Of a DNA stretch of 64,000 bases, positions 1 to 9,416 are shown one piece after another. A program made the position numbers and the translations under genes. Source of the DNA: an uncultured virus (IMG/VR IMGVR_UViG_3300012013_000859). Lineage: Duplodnaviria; Heunggongvirae; Uroviricota; Caudoviricetes. Position 1 is the stretch's first letter, and each line of letters begins with the position of its first letter. The notes beneath the pieces are model-generated. The model had not been told where the DNA came from. It saw only the letters and a program-made list of their open reading frames with translations, and made no database searches. Where the stretch lies: IMG/VR virus record IMGVR_UViG_3300012013_000859, one strand, 5' to 3'.

Positions 1-1
1 T

Positions 2-475
2 TGGGTCAATACACAAACTACTTTAAACTCAAATAGTGCTAGTTGGATTGGAGGCAATTCAGCATTTACTACTTTAAACTCGAATAGTGCTAGTTGGATT
101 ACAGAAAGTGCATTAACTAACGTAAGGATAAATTCTGTTGGGGGAACATTTAACAATCCTGTAGCGAATGATTTAATATATATACCTTGTGTTTATAGTG
201 GTAGTATTGCAGCTTACACAATACAATTAATAGGGTCTGGAACTTGCACAATAAAAACATGGAAAAAAGCATCTGGGACAACAAATCCCACTATATCAGA
301 TTTAATAAGCACTAGTGGTGTTTCTCTCGCTGCTGGAAACGTAATTAGAAGCACAGACGTATCAGATTTTACAAATACAACAATTAACGCAAACGATTTA
401 TTAGCTTTTCAAATAACGCAAGTTACTGGTAGTCCCACACAAGTAATTTTCGTTATACAGGTAAATAAAACATAA
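2..475 (+). CDS. 3' end of a fibre-like virion protein (truncated by window edge)
   Basis: Frame 2 is open from the window start to TAA at 473-475; it has two TTLNSNSASWI repeats followed by a beta-rich C-terminal domain. Not in the ORF track. Confidence 0.7.
   Translation, partial: WVNTQTTLNSNSASWIGGNSAFTTLNSNSASWITESALTNVRINSVGGTFNNPVANDLIYIPCVYSGSIAAYTIQLIGSGTCTIKTWKKASGTTNPTISDLISTSGVSLAAGNVIRSTDVSDFTNTTINANDLLAFQITQVTGSPTQVIFVIQVNKT
17..100 (+). repeat. Two 33-bp direct repeats at 51-bp period (17-49, 68-100) encoding TTLNSNSASWI
   Basis: actactttaaactc(a/g)aatagtgctagttggatt occurs twice with one mismatch. Confidence 0.9.
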
Positions 476-480
476 AAACA

Positions 481-657
481 ATGATATATAAATACGCAAA
501 CGAAATAATTCAATTTGGAAAAAAAGAATATGACTTGATTATATGGGATGATGCAGGGGAAATAATTGAAAGGCGTTCAGTATGTTTTTTACAAGATTGT
601 GAAGAATCAGAAATGAATGATTTTGCCAATCAAATATTAAACGAATTAAATAATTAA
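481..657 (+). CDS. Small acidic hypothetical protein (58 aa), possible fibre chaperone
   Basis: ATG 481 to TAA 655-657, MIYKYANEIIQFGKKEYDLIIWDDAGEIIERRSVCF...; fills the gap between two + strand genes; below the ORF-track cutoff. Confidence 0.6.
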   Translation: MIYKYANEIIQFGKKEYDLIIWDDAGEIIERRSVCFLQDCEESEMNDFANQILNELNN

Positions 658-662
658 ATAAT

Positions 663-3224
663 ATGGCAACACTTATATCCAAAGCGAGTGGAAACTTCAC
701 ATCAAATACTACATGGGGATTAGTCGATGCAACTTCATTCTTGGATTCGCAAGCGGCTAATACAGTCTTGACTACCAGTTATGTAGGTGCAACCACTTTT
801 ATTCCGGGTGCTATTACTATCGACGCTTTAGCTGTAAAAGTTGCTTTACGAGTTGGTACAACCGGTACTATGAGTGTGCAACTTTCAGGCGCAGGTGCAG
901 GTGCAGTTGCAGGTTCTGAGGTAACTATAAATGTTTCCGATTTACAAGCTGGAGATACGGCAGCTAATAATGGAGTTGGGTGGACAGTATTTAAATTTCC
1001 AACCCCAATAACATTAAGTGCTAGTATACCCTACGCAGTTCAAGCTAAAACTTCCAGTTCTACTCAAGTTAACCTTTATAGCTCTGCAACAAATAACTGG
1101 TCAAGAGCATTGAGAACAACAACAACTAAATCACCTTCATCTTCAGATGTTATCATTGTGGCTGGTGAGTGGACATCAGCAGGAAATAGCACAAGTTACA
1201 CAGTTACACTTGATAACACATCTGCTCTCACATACGGAACTACAACAATAAACAATAAATCGACTCTAAGTTTACAGACATCAGCACTATCATCCTATAC
1301 TTATAATATTGCTGGTATTATGAGAGTATATGGAGGTGGAACATTAAATTTTGGAACAACAAACATTCCACTTCCATCTACTAGTTCATTTACACTATCA
1401 TGTAAATGTGTAGCTGCTGTGGATTATGGACTTGAATTACAAAACGGGGCCACTTTCAATGCTCACGGATCACCATTAAGTTATGTAACAGCTAAACTAG
1501 CTGCTGATGCTGCTGCTTCTGCTACAACATGCACAACTTCTGTATCAACGGGTTGGAAATCAGGTAATGTTATAGTTTTCCCTTCAACTACAAGAACGGC
1601 AACGCAAAGAGAAACTAAAGCATTAACAGCTGATGCTATAGGAACAAGCCTTTCAATAGTTGCGCTTACAGCAGCGCATGGTGGAAACGCATCAACTGGA
1701 GTTCAAGCAGATATAGGAAACTTAACACGAAATGTTAAAATCGTTGGGGTTTCGACATCTGTTACAGGGTATATTCTAATAAGAAATGGTGCAACAGTTG
1801 ACATGGATTATGTAGAAATGTCTTTTTTGGGGTCAAACACAGCAAATAAAAGAGCAGTGGACATACAAACTGCAGCGGCTGGTATTACAAACATTCAATA
1901 TTGTTCTCTTGCTAATTCTAATATCACATCAGCACAAGGGTTTTACATATCCGGTACCACATCAAATAATATCACTCTATTTAAAAATATAGTGTATTCA
2001 GTTTTAGGTACAGGAATTGTAGTTGCTAATGCTACAACAGGAACATATACTATTTCTCAAAATCTAGTTGTTGGTTCGGGTGGTCTTGGTATGAATATCA
2101 CTGATGTTGGTGGTATATTAACTGATAATATAGTAGCTAGTAGTGTTGACACAAATATAGAGTACAATGAAACAGCTACTATCACTGGTGTCGTTTCAGG
2201 TAATGTTACATATTCTGGTAATACTCATGGTCAGCAATATGGTAATACCCTTCTTGGAGGAACTATATCAAACATAACTTCATGGAGAAACAACGGGGTA
2301 GGTGTATTGTTGAACACAAGTAGAGTAAACCCAATAGGAACAACATTGTCAGGAGTAAACACTTTCGGAAATAATACTGCTGGAATTTATTGTGGTGCTA
2401 CCGCCTTTTACGGTTTATTAACTATAAAATCTGCAACTACAAACGCTGGAAGTACATTAACTGAACCATATGGACTCTTTTTCAATGGAAATATAGATTA
2501 TGCTGTTATACAAGATAGTTCATTTGGGTTTACACAAGCTCATACTGGAGACATTCGAATTGCTTCAAGCAATCTTATTAGAGCTACGTTACATAACTGC
2601 AAATTTTCTAGTGCAGGGACACCTATTTCTAATTATGTGAATCAAACAGAAAATGTAAATAACCAGTGGGGGCTTGCTTCTATGAATCACGAACAAGTGC
2701 AAGGTGATAATAGATTATATACTCGTTATGGAATTATAAGAACCGACACCACTATTTTTAATTCGCAGTCCCCTTCTCAAAGAATTACTCCAAACTCTGC
2801 AACTTGGCCATTAAATTCAGCTTCAAAGTTTGTAGCAGTAACTAGTGGGAATAGTGTAACAATTAAAGTTTATGTAAGAACTTCTTCTACTTCTTTTGGT
2901 GATTCAGATAATTATAATGGAAGTCTTCCTGTATTATTACTAAGATCAAATCCTTCCATTGGAATAGTGAACGATACAACGCTTTATACAATGACTCCCA
3001 ACCTTTCCGGAACATGGGAACAATTTGTAGGAACAACCCAAGCTGTAACTGGTGATGGTGTGTTGGAATTTTTAATAAACTGTAACGGAACTTTGGGATG
3101 GGTAAATGTAGATGATTGGTCAACAACAACTAATAATGATCCGAGAGGTAATAAATTTTGGTCTAATGGACAAGTTTATAGTGGTGCAGAATATAATGCG
3201 GGGGGAAATTTCGGTTTCAGTTAA
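663..3224 (+). CDS. Parallel beta-helix virion protein (tailspike/adhesin-like) with C-terminal carbohydrate-binding-like domain
   Basis: 853 aa, S/T/G/N rich; GNLTRNVKI motif typical of G8/beta-helix proteins; repeated Nxx..xN rungs; C-terminal WEQF...LEF...GWVNVDDW sandwich. Confidence 0.65.
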   Translation: MATLISKASGNFTSNTTWGLVDATSFLDSQAANTVLTTSYVGATTFIPGAITIDALAVKVALRVGTTGTMSVQLSGAGAGAVAGSEVTINVSDLQAGDTAANNGVGWTVFKFPTPITLSASIPYAVQAKTSSSTQVNLYSSATNNWSRALRTTTTKSPSSSDVIIVAGEWTSAGNSTSYTVTLDNTSALTYGTTTINNKSTLSLQTSALSSYTYNIAGIMRVYGGGTLNFGTTNIPLPSTSSFTLSCKCVAAVDYGLELQNGATFNAHGSPLSYVTAKLAADAAASATTCTTSVSTGWKSGNVIVFPSTTRTATQRETKALTADAIGTSLSIVALTAAHGGNASTGVQADIGNLTRNVKIVGVSTSVTGYILIRNGATVDMDYVEMSFLGSNTANKRAVDIQTAAAGITNIQYCSLANSNITSAQGFYISGTTSNNITLFKNIVYSVLGTGIVVANATTGTYTISQNLVVGSGGLGMNITDVGGILTDNIVASSVDTNIEYNETATITGVVSGNVTYSGNTHGQQYGNTLLGGTISNITSWRNNGVGVLLNTSRVNPIGTTLSGVNTFGNNTAGIYCGATAFYGLLTIKSATTNAGSTLTEPYGLFFNGNIDYAVIQDSSFGFTQAHTGDIRIASSNLIRATLHNCKFSSAGTPISNYVNQTENVNNQWGLASMNHEQVQGDNRLYTRYGIIRTDTTIFNSQSPSQRITPNSATWPLNSASKFVAVTSGNSVTIKVYVRTSSTSFGDSDNYNGSLPVLLLRSNPSIGIVNDTTLYTMTPNLSGTWEQFVGTTQAVTGDGVLEFLINCNGTLGWVNVDDWSTTTNNDPRGNKFWSNGQVYSGAEYNAGGNFGFS

Positions 3225-3309
3225 GAAATATAACCAAAAGGTTTTTGATACCATGCAAAAGTAGAATCTATCCATTTGCATACAATGCCCCAAATTTTAC
3301 ATAAATTAT

Positions 3310-3822
3310 TTACTTCTGTTTACACTTACCAAACTTACATTGAATCGGTGCGAGTATATGATTGAGTTGCTGTAAATCCTTATTTAGGGATACCATTGAT
3401 TTGTATAATTTTAATACTTTCTTTGATAGTGAATCAAATTTACGCGCTTGAACCTCTGTTACATTTTTTTCGTATAAATTAAAATTATCATTTACTAGTT
3501 CTATTGGAGCAAATAAAGTTATTGGCACTTTATCAATGTAATATTGCACAAAATGATATACTTCGTGCATAATGTAACTCAAAATTTCATGTTTCGGTTG
3601 CATTAATAAATCTTTACCGAATTCTATAACTTTTGACTCAAATACAGCATAACATGTGTTACCATTTATCAGTTTAATTTGTAAATGTATAGTCTTATTT
3701 GATAAGACACTGGTGGGTCTTATTTGATTAATAATCGACGATATAATCTCACTTAAAACATCTAGATCAAATTTTTTAGCAATTTTTGATCTACGTTGCG
3801 CATCGAGATGGATTGTTATCAT
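3310..3822 (-). CDS. Putative zinc metallopeptidase (HExxH)
   Basis: IMHEVYHFVQY with a downstream EVQAR third-ligand motif. Confidence 0.7.
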   Translation of the reverse strand: MITIHLDAQRRSKIAKKFDLDVLSEIISSIINQIRPTSVLSNKTIHLQIKLINGNTCYAVFESKVIEFGKDLLMQPKHEILSYIMHEVYHFVQYYIDKVPITLFAPIELVNDNFNLYEKNVTEVQARKFDSLSKKVLKLYKSMVSLNKDLQQLNHILAPIQCKFGKCKQK

Positions 3823-3824
3823 AA

Positions 3825-4229
3825 TTAATATTCAACTTCATGTTCATGTGAATATTCGAAATTTGCAAAGTAATCATCTTGAGATGGTATAATTGATAAG
3901 AAGCATCCATTAAATCCATTTCGGTCAACAAACGTATTGAAATCATCAATATTTACAATTTTACTATAATATTCATTATATGTATCTTTACCTTTACCGA
4001 CAATATTTGCTGCTGCAAAATATGATAATTTAATTCCGCACTTGTTGTACTTATCAACAAGTTTTCTACTTAAATCTTTACAAGTTGGTAAAAATTTACC
4101 AGTTTGAAGCGATGAAAAACTTTTCATAATTGACCGTTTTTGTGTGTATGAATCACCTGATTCATCCCAACACACAGATTCAACAAATGACCAAAAGTTA
4201 TTTAATTCTTTATCTGTTATTTTAGACAT
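3825..4229 (-). CDS. Hypothetical protein, DUF4240-like
   Basis: N-terminal FWSFVE..W and IVGKGKDTY pattern recalled from DUF4240 proteins. Confidence 0.4.
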   Translation of the reverse strand: MSKITDKELNNFWSFVESVCWDESGDSYTQKRSIMKSFSSLQTGKFLPTCKDLSRKLVDKYNKCGIKLSYFAAANIVGKGKDTYNEYYSKIVNIDDFNTFVDRNGFNGCFLSIIPSQDDYFANFEYSHEHEVEY

Positions 4230-4936
4230 ACTTCGATTTTATTATTGTTTTTATGATAATCCAGCAGATTTTTTACAGTATCTTTCATGTATGGTGTGTG
4301 AATTTCTTGCCAAAATACGCTATCAAATTCACGTAAATAGAACACCTTCAATGATAAACATGGTTTTTCAAGTATTTGTTCCATCAAGTATGCATATATA
4401 GATAACTGTAATGCGTACGTTGTAAACTCACACTGAGTTAAATGTTCCAAAGGTTCAACGAAAAATGTATTGTAGGTACTGTAAAATCCGAACCTTTTGT
4501 TAGTTTTAAAGTCTAATATGTGAAATCCATTTTTACCAGTGATAATCAAGTCGGCAGTACCTGCAATCTTATAATCATGGTTGTGTAGTAACTTTTCACT
4601 CTCAACTAACGGTTTACCTTTGATAATTTCTTTAGTTTTCTTTGCAAACGATTCTATTAGAACTTCGTACCCCTCTGCAATAGTACCGGTTTTTATGAAA
4701 TCTTCCATAATTTTGTGGTATGCTGTTCCCCGGTCTTGTGCAGTTTTGGTAATCGTACCCCATAAACTTAAAATCTTATCTTGTGTGGTATTACGTTTTT
4801 TTGCAACCATTTTACTCATCTCATCCTGATCAAATGGAGTTTTATATTTTGAAATTAATGTTGTTACAGAAATATAAGGTTCTTTGGTTTGACAATTAAT
4901 ATATGAATGATTTTCAGGATCGAATACAATTTCCAT
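4217..4936 (-). CDS. PD-(D/E)XK exonuclease (Cas4/RecB-like phage nuclease)
   Basis: ISVTTLI, GTAYH, E..L, IAGTADL, ILDFKT and YALQLSIYA motifs; start placed at ATG 4936, 6 nt after a -10 box. Confidence 0.85.
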   Translation of the reverse strand: MEIVFDPENHSYINCQTKEPYISVTTLISKYKTPFDQDEMSKMVAKKRNTTQDKILSLWGTITKTAQDRGTAYHKIMEDFIKTGTIAEGYEVLIESFAKKTKEIIKGKPLVESEKLLHNHDYKIAGTADLIITGKNGFHILDFKTNKRFGFYSTYNTFFVEPLEHLTQCEFTTYALQLSIYAYLMEQILEKPCLSLKVFYLREFDSVFWQEIHTPYMKDTVKNLLDYHKNNNKIEVCLK

Positions 4937-4942
4937 TTGATT

Positions 4943-4970
4943 ATTGTAATTCAATAATCGAATAAATCAA
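4943..4970 (-). promoter_or_regulatory. Sigma70-type promoter TTGATT-N16-TACAAT
   Basis: aatcaa at 4965-4970 and attgta at 4943-4948 on the + strand; the same TTGATT hexamer precedes dut, the PRTase and primase. Confidence 0.6.
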
Positions 4971-4976
4971 CTATTT

Positions 4977-6179
4977 TTACATTGCAGCAATTGCACTCAA
5001 TGTAAATAGTGTACCAGGGGTTGAATTTGTATTAAAATAAAATTTTAATGTTCCAATAGAATATTTAAATGTTGTTGCTGCAGATAATGGTGCAAAAAAA
5101 TAAAAACTTTGAGTCAATACCCGACGATCCTTAGTAACGTCAGCGTTACCGGACACAGGCATAAATAAATTTATTGGTACTATTGTTTGAGATGAATTAT
5201 AATAACCGATTTGTAAAAAATTACTTGATAACGCAACATTATCAATATTACCTGCAAATAATATTGTATTATATGTATTTTCAAAACCACTTAAAGTGTA
5301 TCCTAAAACGTTGCTAGTGGATAATGTTGTGAAATCGATAGATGTGTTACTTAACGTAGATAATGCTGGTAATTGTTTTAATAAATTAATCGGTGTTTTG
5401 AAATATTTCAATTTAATTGTAGGTGCAGCTGACAATTCAATTACATTTGCGTCACTTTTATACAAATATCCATTTGTTTGATTGTTCAAAACGGATTGTT
5501 TGACATTTACACTTGATTTGCCAAATTTTATATATTTCGGTAGTTCAAGTGTATTGTATGATAATGGAGCAAACTTTAATGTTTGTGTGGTTATTCGATA
5601 ATAATTTGTATCTGAAGATTGAACTTTCATTTCAGTATAAAATGGGTTCAATGAAGATAATAGATATGTAATTAAATTTGTTGAAATTACGGGGCCAAGT
5701 GTCAAATAATTACCATCAATAGTTACTCCACCTTGTCCAATATTTGAAAATAAACTATTAGCACTCAATGGTAATAATGATAATGACCCACTTGTACTAC
5801 GTGTAGTTGTAATATTATCACCAGCAGTTTTTGTTACAATTTGTTTGTAGCTATCTAAATTCTCAACATTTGTACCTGTTAATGTATAATATGAATTGGT
5901 ACTATTACAAAAATACATATCCCCGGCATATGTAAACCCACTATTATTACTTGATAATGGAAGAGCACTCAATGATATTGAATTACCACCAATACCATAT
6001 AGTATATTACCAACATTGTACCCACCTAATGTATATCCATCCCCGACTACAACTCTATTTGAATTGTATATATATGCTAATTCACCCTGTTGTATAGTTG
6101 TAACAATACGTTCAGCATTACTGCCAGATCGAATCAATACTTTTGCAATATCAATTGTTGTTGTAAGTTCATTTGACAT
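4977..6179 (-). CDS. Tail fibre/receptor-binding protein, Mtd-N-like N-terminus (paralog of 6184-7386)
   Basis: IRSGSNAER...GELAY....RVVVGDG.TLGG; collinear similarity with the next gene; likely start ATG 6179. Confidence 0.7.
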   Translation of the reverse strand: MSNELTTTIDIAKVLIRSGSNAERIVTTIQQGELAYIYNSNRVVVGDGYTLGGYNVGNILYGIGGNSISLSALPLSSNNSGFTYAGDMYFCNSTNSYYTLTGTNVENLDSYKQIVTKTAGDNITTTRSTSGSLSLLPLSANSLFSNIGQGGVTIDGNYLTLGPVISTNLITYLLSSLNPFYTEMKVQSSDTNYYRITTQTLKFAPLSYNTLELPKYIKFGKSSVNVKQSVLNNQTNGYLYKSDANVIELSAAPTIKLKYFKTPINLLKQLPALSTLSNTSIDFTTLSTSNVLGYTLSGFENTYNTILFAGNIDNVALSSNFLQIGYYNSSQTIVPINLFMPVSGNADVTKDRRVLTQSFYFFAPLSAATTFKYSIGTLKFYFNTNSTPGTLFTLSAIAAM

Positions 6180-6183
6180 AAAT

Positions 6184-7386
6184 TTATAACACTGCAATTA
6201 TATTTAAATATGATAATTTAAAAGATTCATTAGAAAATGCTGATATCACCAATGTCATTGTTCCTACTGAATTAGTTGATGCAGTTGCAGATGATAGCGG
6301 AGCAAAAAATGTAAAATTTGTTTGCCATTGATCAAAAGATATATTATTAAACTGGTAAGCGTTTAATGTTATTGGGTCAGAATTACCAAAATTAGCATCT
6401 GTATTAACTATAATTTGTATATAACTTGTAATTGGATTAGTATATGTTAATAGTTGACCAGTAAATAATAAAGCACCAGCGTATGGTAGACCACTCAATG
6501 TTGATAAACTGGTAACAGTGCTCGGACCCGAAGTTGTGAAATCAATATTAAAGGTTGAAAGACCAAACGATCCCATTTCTAAAGGTGCAGTATAACCTAA
6601 TTGTGCAAGTACATCAATTGGTGTAGATAAAAATGTAATACCTGAACCCAACGTTGGAGTTGTTTTGATTGTACTGTTGTCTTTGTATACATATCCAACT
6701 GAATTGTTCCAATTTGTTTGATCAAAATTAACTTCCGCTGTACCAAATTTTGCAAGAGCTGGTAATTCCAATGCAACAGTAGCACTGGGTGCAAATTGCA
6801 ACACACTATCACTTATTTTAATGTAATTATTTCCCGCTGCACTTAATGTTAATGTGGTACCGTTTAAAGGTAAAATAGTATTTGTGTAAATTGTTGGTCC
6901 CAGTGAAATATAAGTACCATTAGATGATAATCCACCTGTAAATATCTTAGAATCAAAACTACCAGCACTCAACGGTAATAATGATATTGAACCATCATTA
7001 TTACGTGTGGTTGTTGTATTATTACCGGTTGTAATGTTGCCAACCATTTGCCAGCTGGATAAGTTTGTTACATTTGTACCAGTTAAAACGTAATATGATG
7101 AATTAACAGTATTAAAATAACTATCACCATAAAATGCAAAACCATTTGTAATACTTGCATTTTGTTGAATTGTTGGATTGATTACATCTGTACCGGAACC
7201 GTAGAATTTATTTCCTACAACATAACCACCATACGTTGTACCATCACCAACAAAAACTCTACGTGAATCAACGGTATATATCAATTCACCTTTTGATGGG
7301 ATTACAAGCTTACGTTCTTCATTTGAACCTCTACGTATTACGAGTTTTAATAATGTATTTTCTGATAATGTAATTGTTTGAGCCAT
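6184..7386 (-). CDS. Tail fibre/receptor-binding protein, Mtd-N-like N-terminus
   Basis: IRRGSNEER...GELIYTVDSRRVFVGDGTTYGG. Confidence 0.7.
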   Translation of the reverse strand: MAQTITLSENTLLKLVIRRGSNEERKLVIPSKGELIYTVDSRRVFVGDGTTYGGYVVGNKFYGSGTDVINPTIQQNASITNGFAFYGDSYFNTVNSSYYVLTGTNVTNLSSWQMVGNITTGNNTTTTRNNDGSISLLPLSAGSFDSKIFTGGLSSNGTYISLGPTIYTNTILPLNGTTLTLSAAGNNYIKISDSVLQFAPSATVALELPALAKFGTAEVNFDQTNWNNSVGYVYKDNSTIKTTPTLGSGITFLSTPIDVLAQLGYTAPLEMGSFGLSTFNIDFTTSGPSTVTSLSTLSGLPYAGALLFTGQLLTYTNPITSYIQIIVNTDANFGNSDPITLNAYQFNNISFDQWQTNFTFFAPLSSATASTNSVGTMTLVISAFSNESFKLSYLNIIAVL

Positions 7387-7389
7387 GTA

Positions 7390-9408
7390 TTAAAAAGTTA
7401 TTGGGTTGAATCCGAGCATAAAAGCTGATATATTCCTATATAATGTTATTCCTGATGTTAATACTTGACCAGTATTCAACAATATTTCAGTTGAATATAT
7501 GGGTGCATTAGTTGGTACATTGAACCCCACGTATTTGAACTTTATATCATTAATTGATGACCCAGTGGTTGCTAATTTCGGTAAAGGTATTTCTGTGAAA
7601 GTATATTGCCATGTATTACCATTGCTTCCAAACCCACCTGGACCAGCGGCGCCACTATAACCAGTTCCATAAATACCACCCGATGTATTGATATAAAAAC
7701 TAGTTGTTGCAGATACACTATACCCACCGGTGAATATATCGGATATACCAGATAATGCAAAACTTGGAGTGGTTATAAGTCCAAATGACCAAGGTGTGCC
7801 TAATGCGCCGTATCTATTATTTCCCCACACATACAAATTACCATCATTATTAAGAGCAAACCTTGAACCTGATAATGGTGTTTGACTCACTGCAAGTTTT
7901 TTGATATTACTAAGTCCCGGTACTGCACTTAATGCAGTTAAATATACATTTGAAGTTGAACTATAATCTTGACTCCATGGGTTTCTACCAGCAGCTGAAA
8001 CAGTTCCATTTACACTTAAAAAGAAGACTGCATCAGATGAACATATAACTTGTTTGATTTGTTCAGCAGTTGTGGTGTTTATAAGTGTGAAATTTGTAGC
8101 GTATAAATTGTTAATTGATTGACCTATACCTAATTGACCGTAGTTATTTGCACCAACTGCATAAACACCCGTTTGTGATATTGCAAATGTTGTACCGCAC
8201 AAAGATTCTAAAGATGTGCTACTTATACCACACATACTAGTTATATTAATAATATTACTTGAAGTTAAAGATTGGATTAGTGTAGGATATACAACATTAT
8301 TATTATGACCTAGACCTAACTGATATTGACCGTTGTACCCCCAACTATATATCAATGAATTGTCGCTATCAATTGCAAAATATGATGCACTTAAATATGT
8401 TAGATTACTAATTGGTGATGCAACAATTTTATCAATACCAGTTAGTGGTGTATATTGATTAGTACATAATAATTGAAATAATGAACTATAATTTGTTGTA
8501 GTGTACCCTTGAGGCGCTTGACCTGTCACATAAACGTTTCCGTTATTAGTAACAGCAAAACTAGTACCATATGACCCAACTACACTTTTTATAGAATCAT
8601 CTCTCAACGGTGGTGAAAATATTGGTTCAGCTGGGGTACCTTGAATAGGTATCAAAGGTGACCCAATACCTAACGCACCTGAACCTAATGTGTCTTGACC
8701 ATATACCAACAATTTACCACCTGCATCAATATACATCGAACCGTATGCAATACTACCTTCCATCAATTGTGTTATATTAGCTCTATTGATACTCAATAAA
8801 CTCAAAATATTATTTACAACTTGAAAATTATTAGTATTGTATTTCAATGTAATTGTATTACCATCATCACTTTTTGCAATCGGTGTGTTATTAGTACCTG
8901 GAACAGCAAATATTGAATCTGCCAATTGAGATGTTGTGATACCACCATTTTTAACTTGTAATATATTACTACCAATCTCAACTGTATCATTATCAACGTT
9001 AATTGCTAAACCACCAGATGAAATAATACCGCCATTTGCATTTAATGGAATACCAGATGAGTTTACTGATAAAGCACCGGCAGAATTAAATTGAACTGAT
9101 GTGTTATCAACTTGCGGTCCAATGTATGCCCAACTCGCAGAAAGTGATGCATTTGAACCAGTTAACTGCCATAATAAATTACTGCGATAAACAACATCAC
9201 CAACAAATCCGTTAGTATTTTCGAATGGTGTATATGGTGGGTGTATTTTAGTCGTTTGTGATATACCACCTGTTGTAGCACCATCACCAACAAACAAACG
9301 TTTACCATCAGTTGTGTAACCAATTTCACCCTCATCAAGTACAACATTTAGTCTTTGATTATCAGTGCCTCTTCTGGCTTTAAATTTTACTATTTCGATG
9401 TCTGGCAT
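7390..9408 (-). CDS. Tail fibre protein with Mtd-N-like N-terminus and C-terminal RCC1-repeat beta-propeller
   Basis: RRGTDNQR...GEIGYTTDGKRLFVGDG; RCC1 motifs IYSWGYNGQYQLGLG, VYAVGANNYGQLGIG, LYVWGNNRYGALG. Confidence 0.8.
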   Translation of the reverse strand: MPDIEIVKFKARRGTDNQRLNVVLDEGEIGYTTDGKRLFVGDGATTGGISQTTKIHPPYTPFENTNGFVGDVVYRSNLLWQLTGSNASLSASWAYIGPQVDNTSVQFNSAGALSVNSSGIPLNANGGIISSGGLAINVDNDTVEIGSNILQVKNGGITTSQLADSIFAVPGTNNTPIAKSDDGNTITLKYNTNNFQVVNNILSLLSINRANITQLMEGSIAYGSMYIDAGGKLLVYGQDTLGSGALGIGSPLIPIQGTPAEPIFSPPLRDDSIKSVVGSYGTSFAVTNNGNVYVTGQAPQGYTTTNYSSLFQLLCTNQYTPLTGIDKIVASPISNLTYLSASYFAIDSDNSLIYSWGYNGQYQLGLGHNNNVVYPTLIQSLTSSNIINITSMCGISSTSLESLCGTTFAISQTGVYAVGANNYGQLGIGQSINNLYATNFTLINTTTAEQIKQVICSSDAVFFLSVNGTVSAAGRNPWSQDYSSTSNVYLTALSAVPGLSNIKKLAVSQTPLSGSRFALNNDGNLYVWGNNRYGALGTPWSFGLITTPSFALSGISDIFTGGYSVSATTSFYINTSGGIYGTGYSGAAGPGGFGSNGNTWQYTFTEIPLPKLATTGSSINDIKFKYVGFNVPTNAPIYSTEILLNTGQVLTSGITLYRNISAFMLGFNPITF

Positions 9409-9416
9409 ATGTTATA

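Noticed and set aside
3310..3822. Lit-like protease partnering the Gol-like gene
   Set aside because: Only the generic HExxH motif is shared; the protein is shorter than Lit and 24 kb away.
4217..4936. cas4 as part of a CRISPR-Cas locus
   Set aside because: No array or other cas genes, and no four-Cys cluster; a generic phage PD-(D/E)XK nuclease.
4977..9408. Diversity-generating retroelement suggested by Mtd-N-like domains
   Set aside because: No reverse transcriptase and no TR/VR pair differing at adenines was seen in the window; only the anchor domain is shared.
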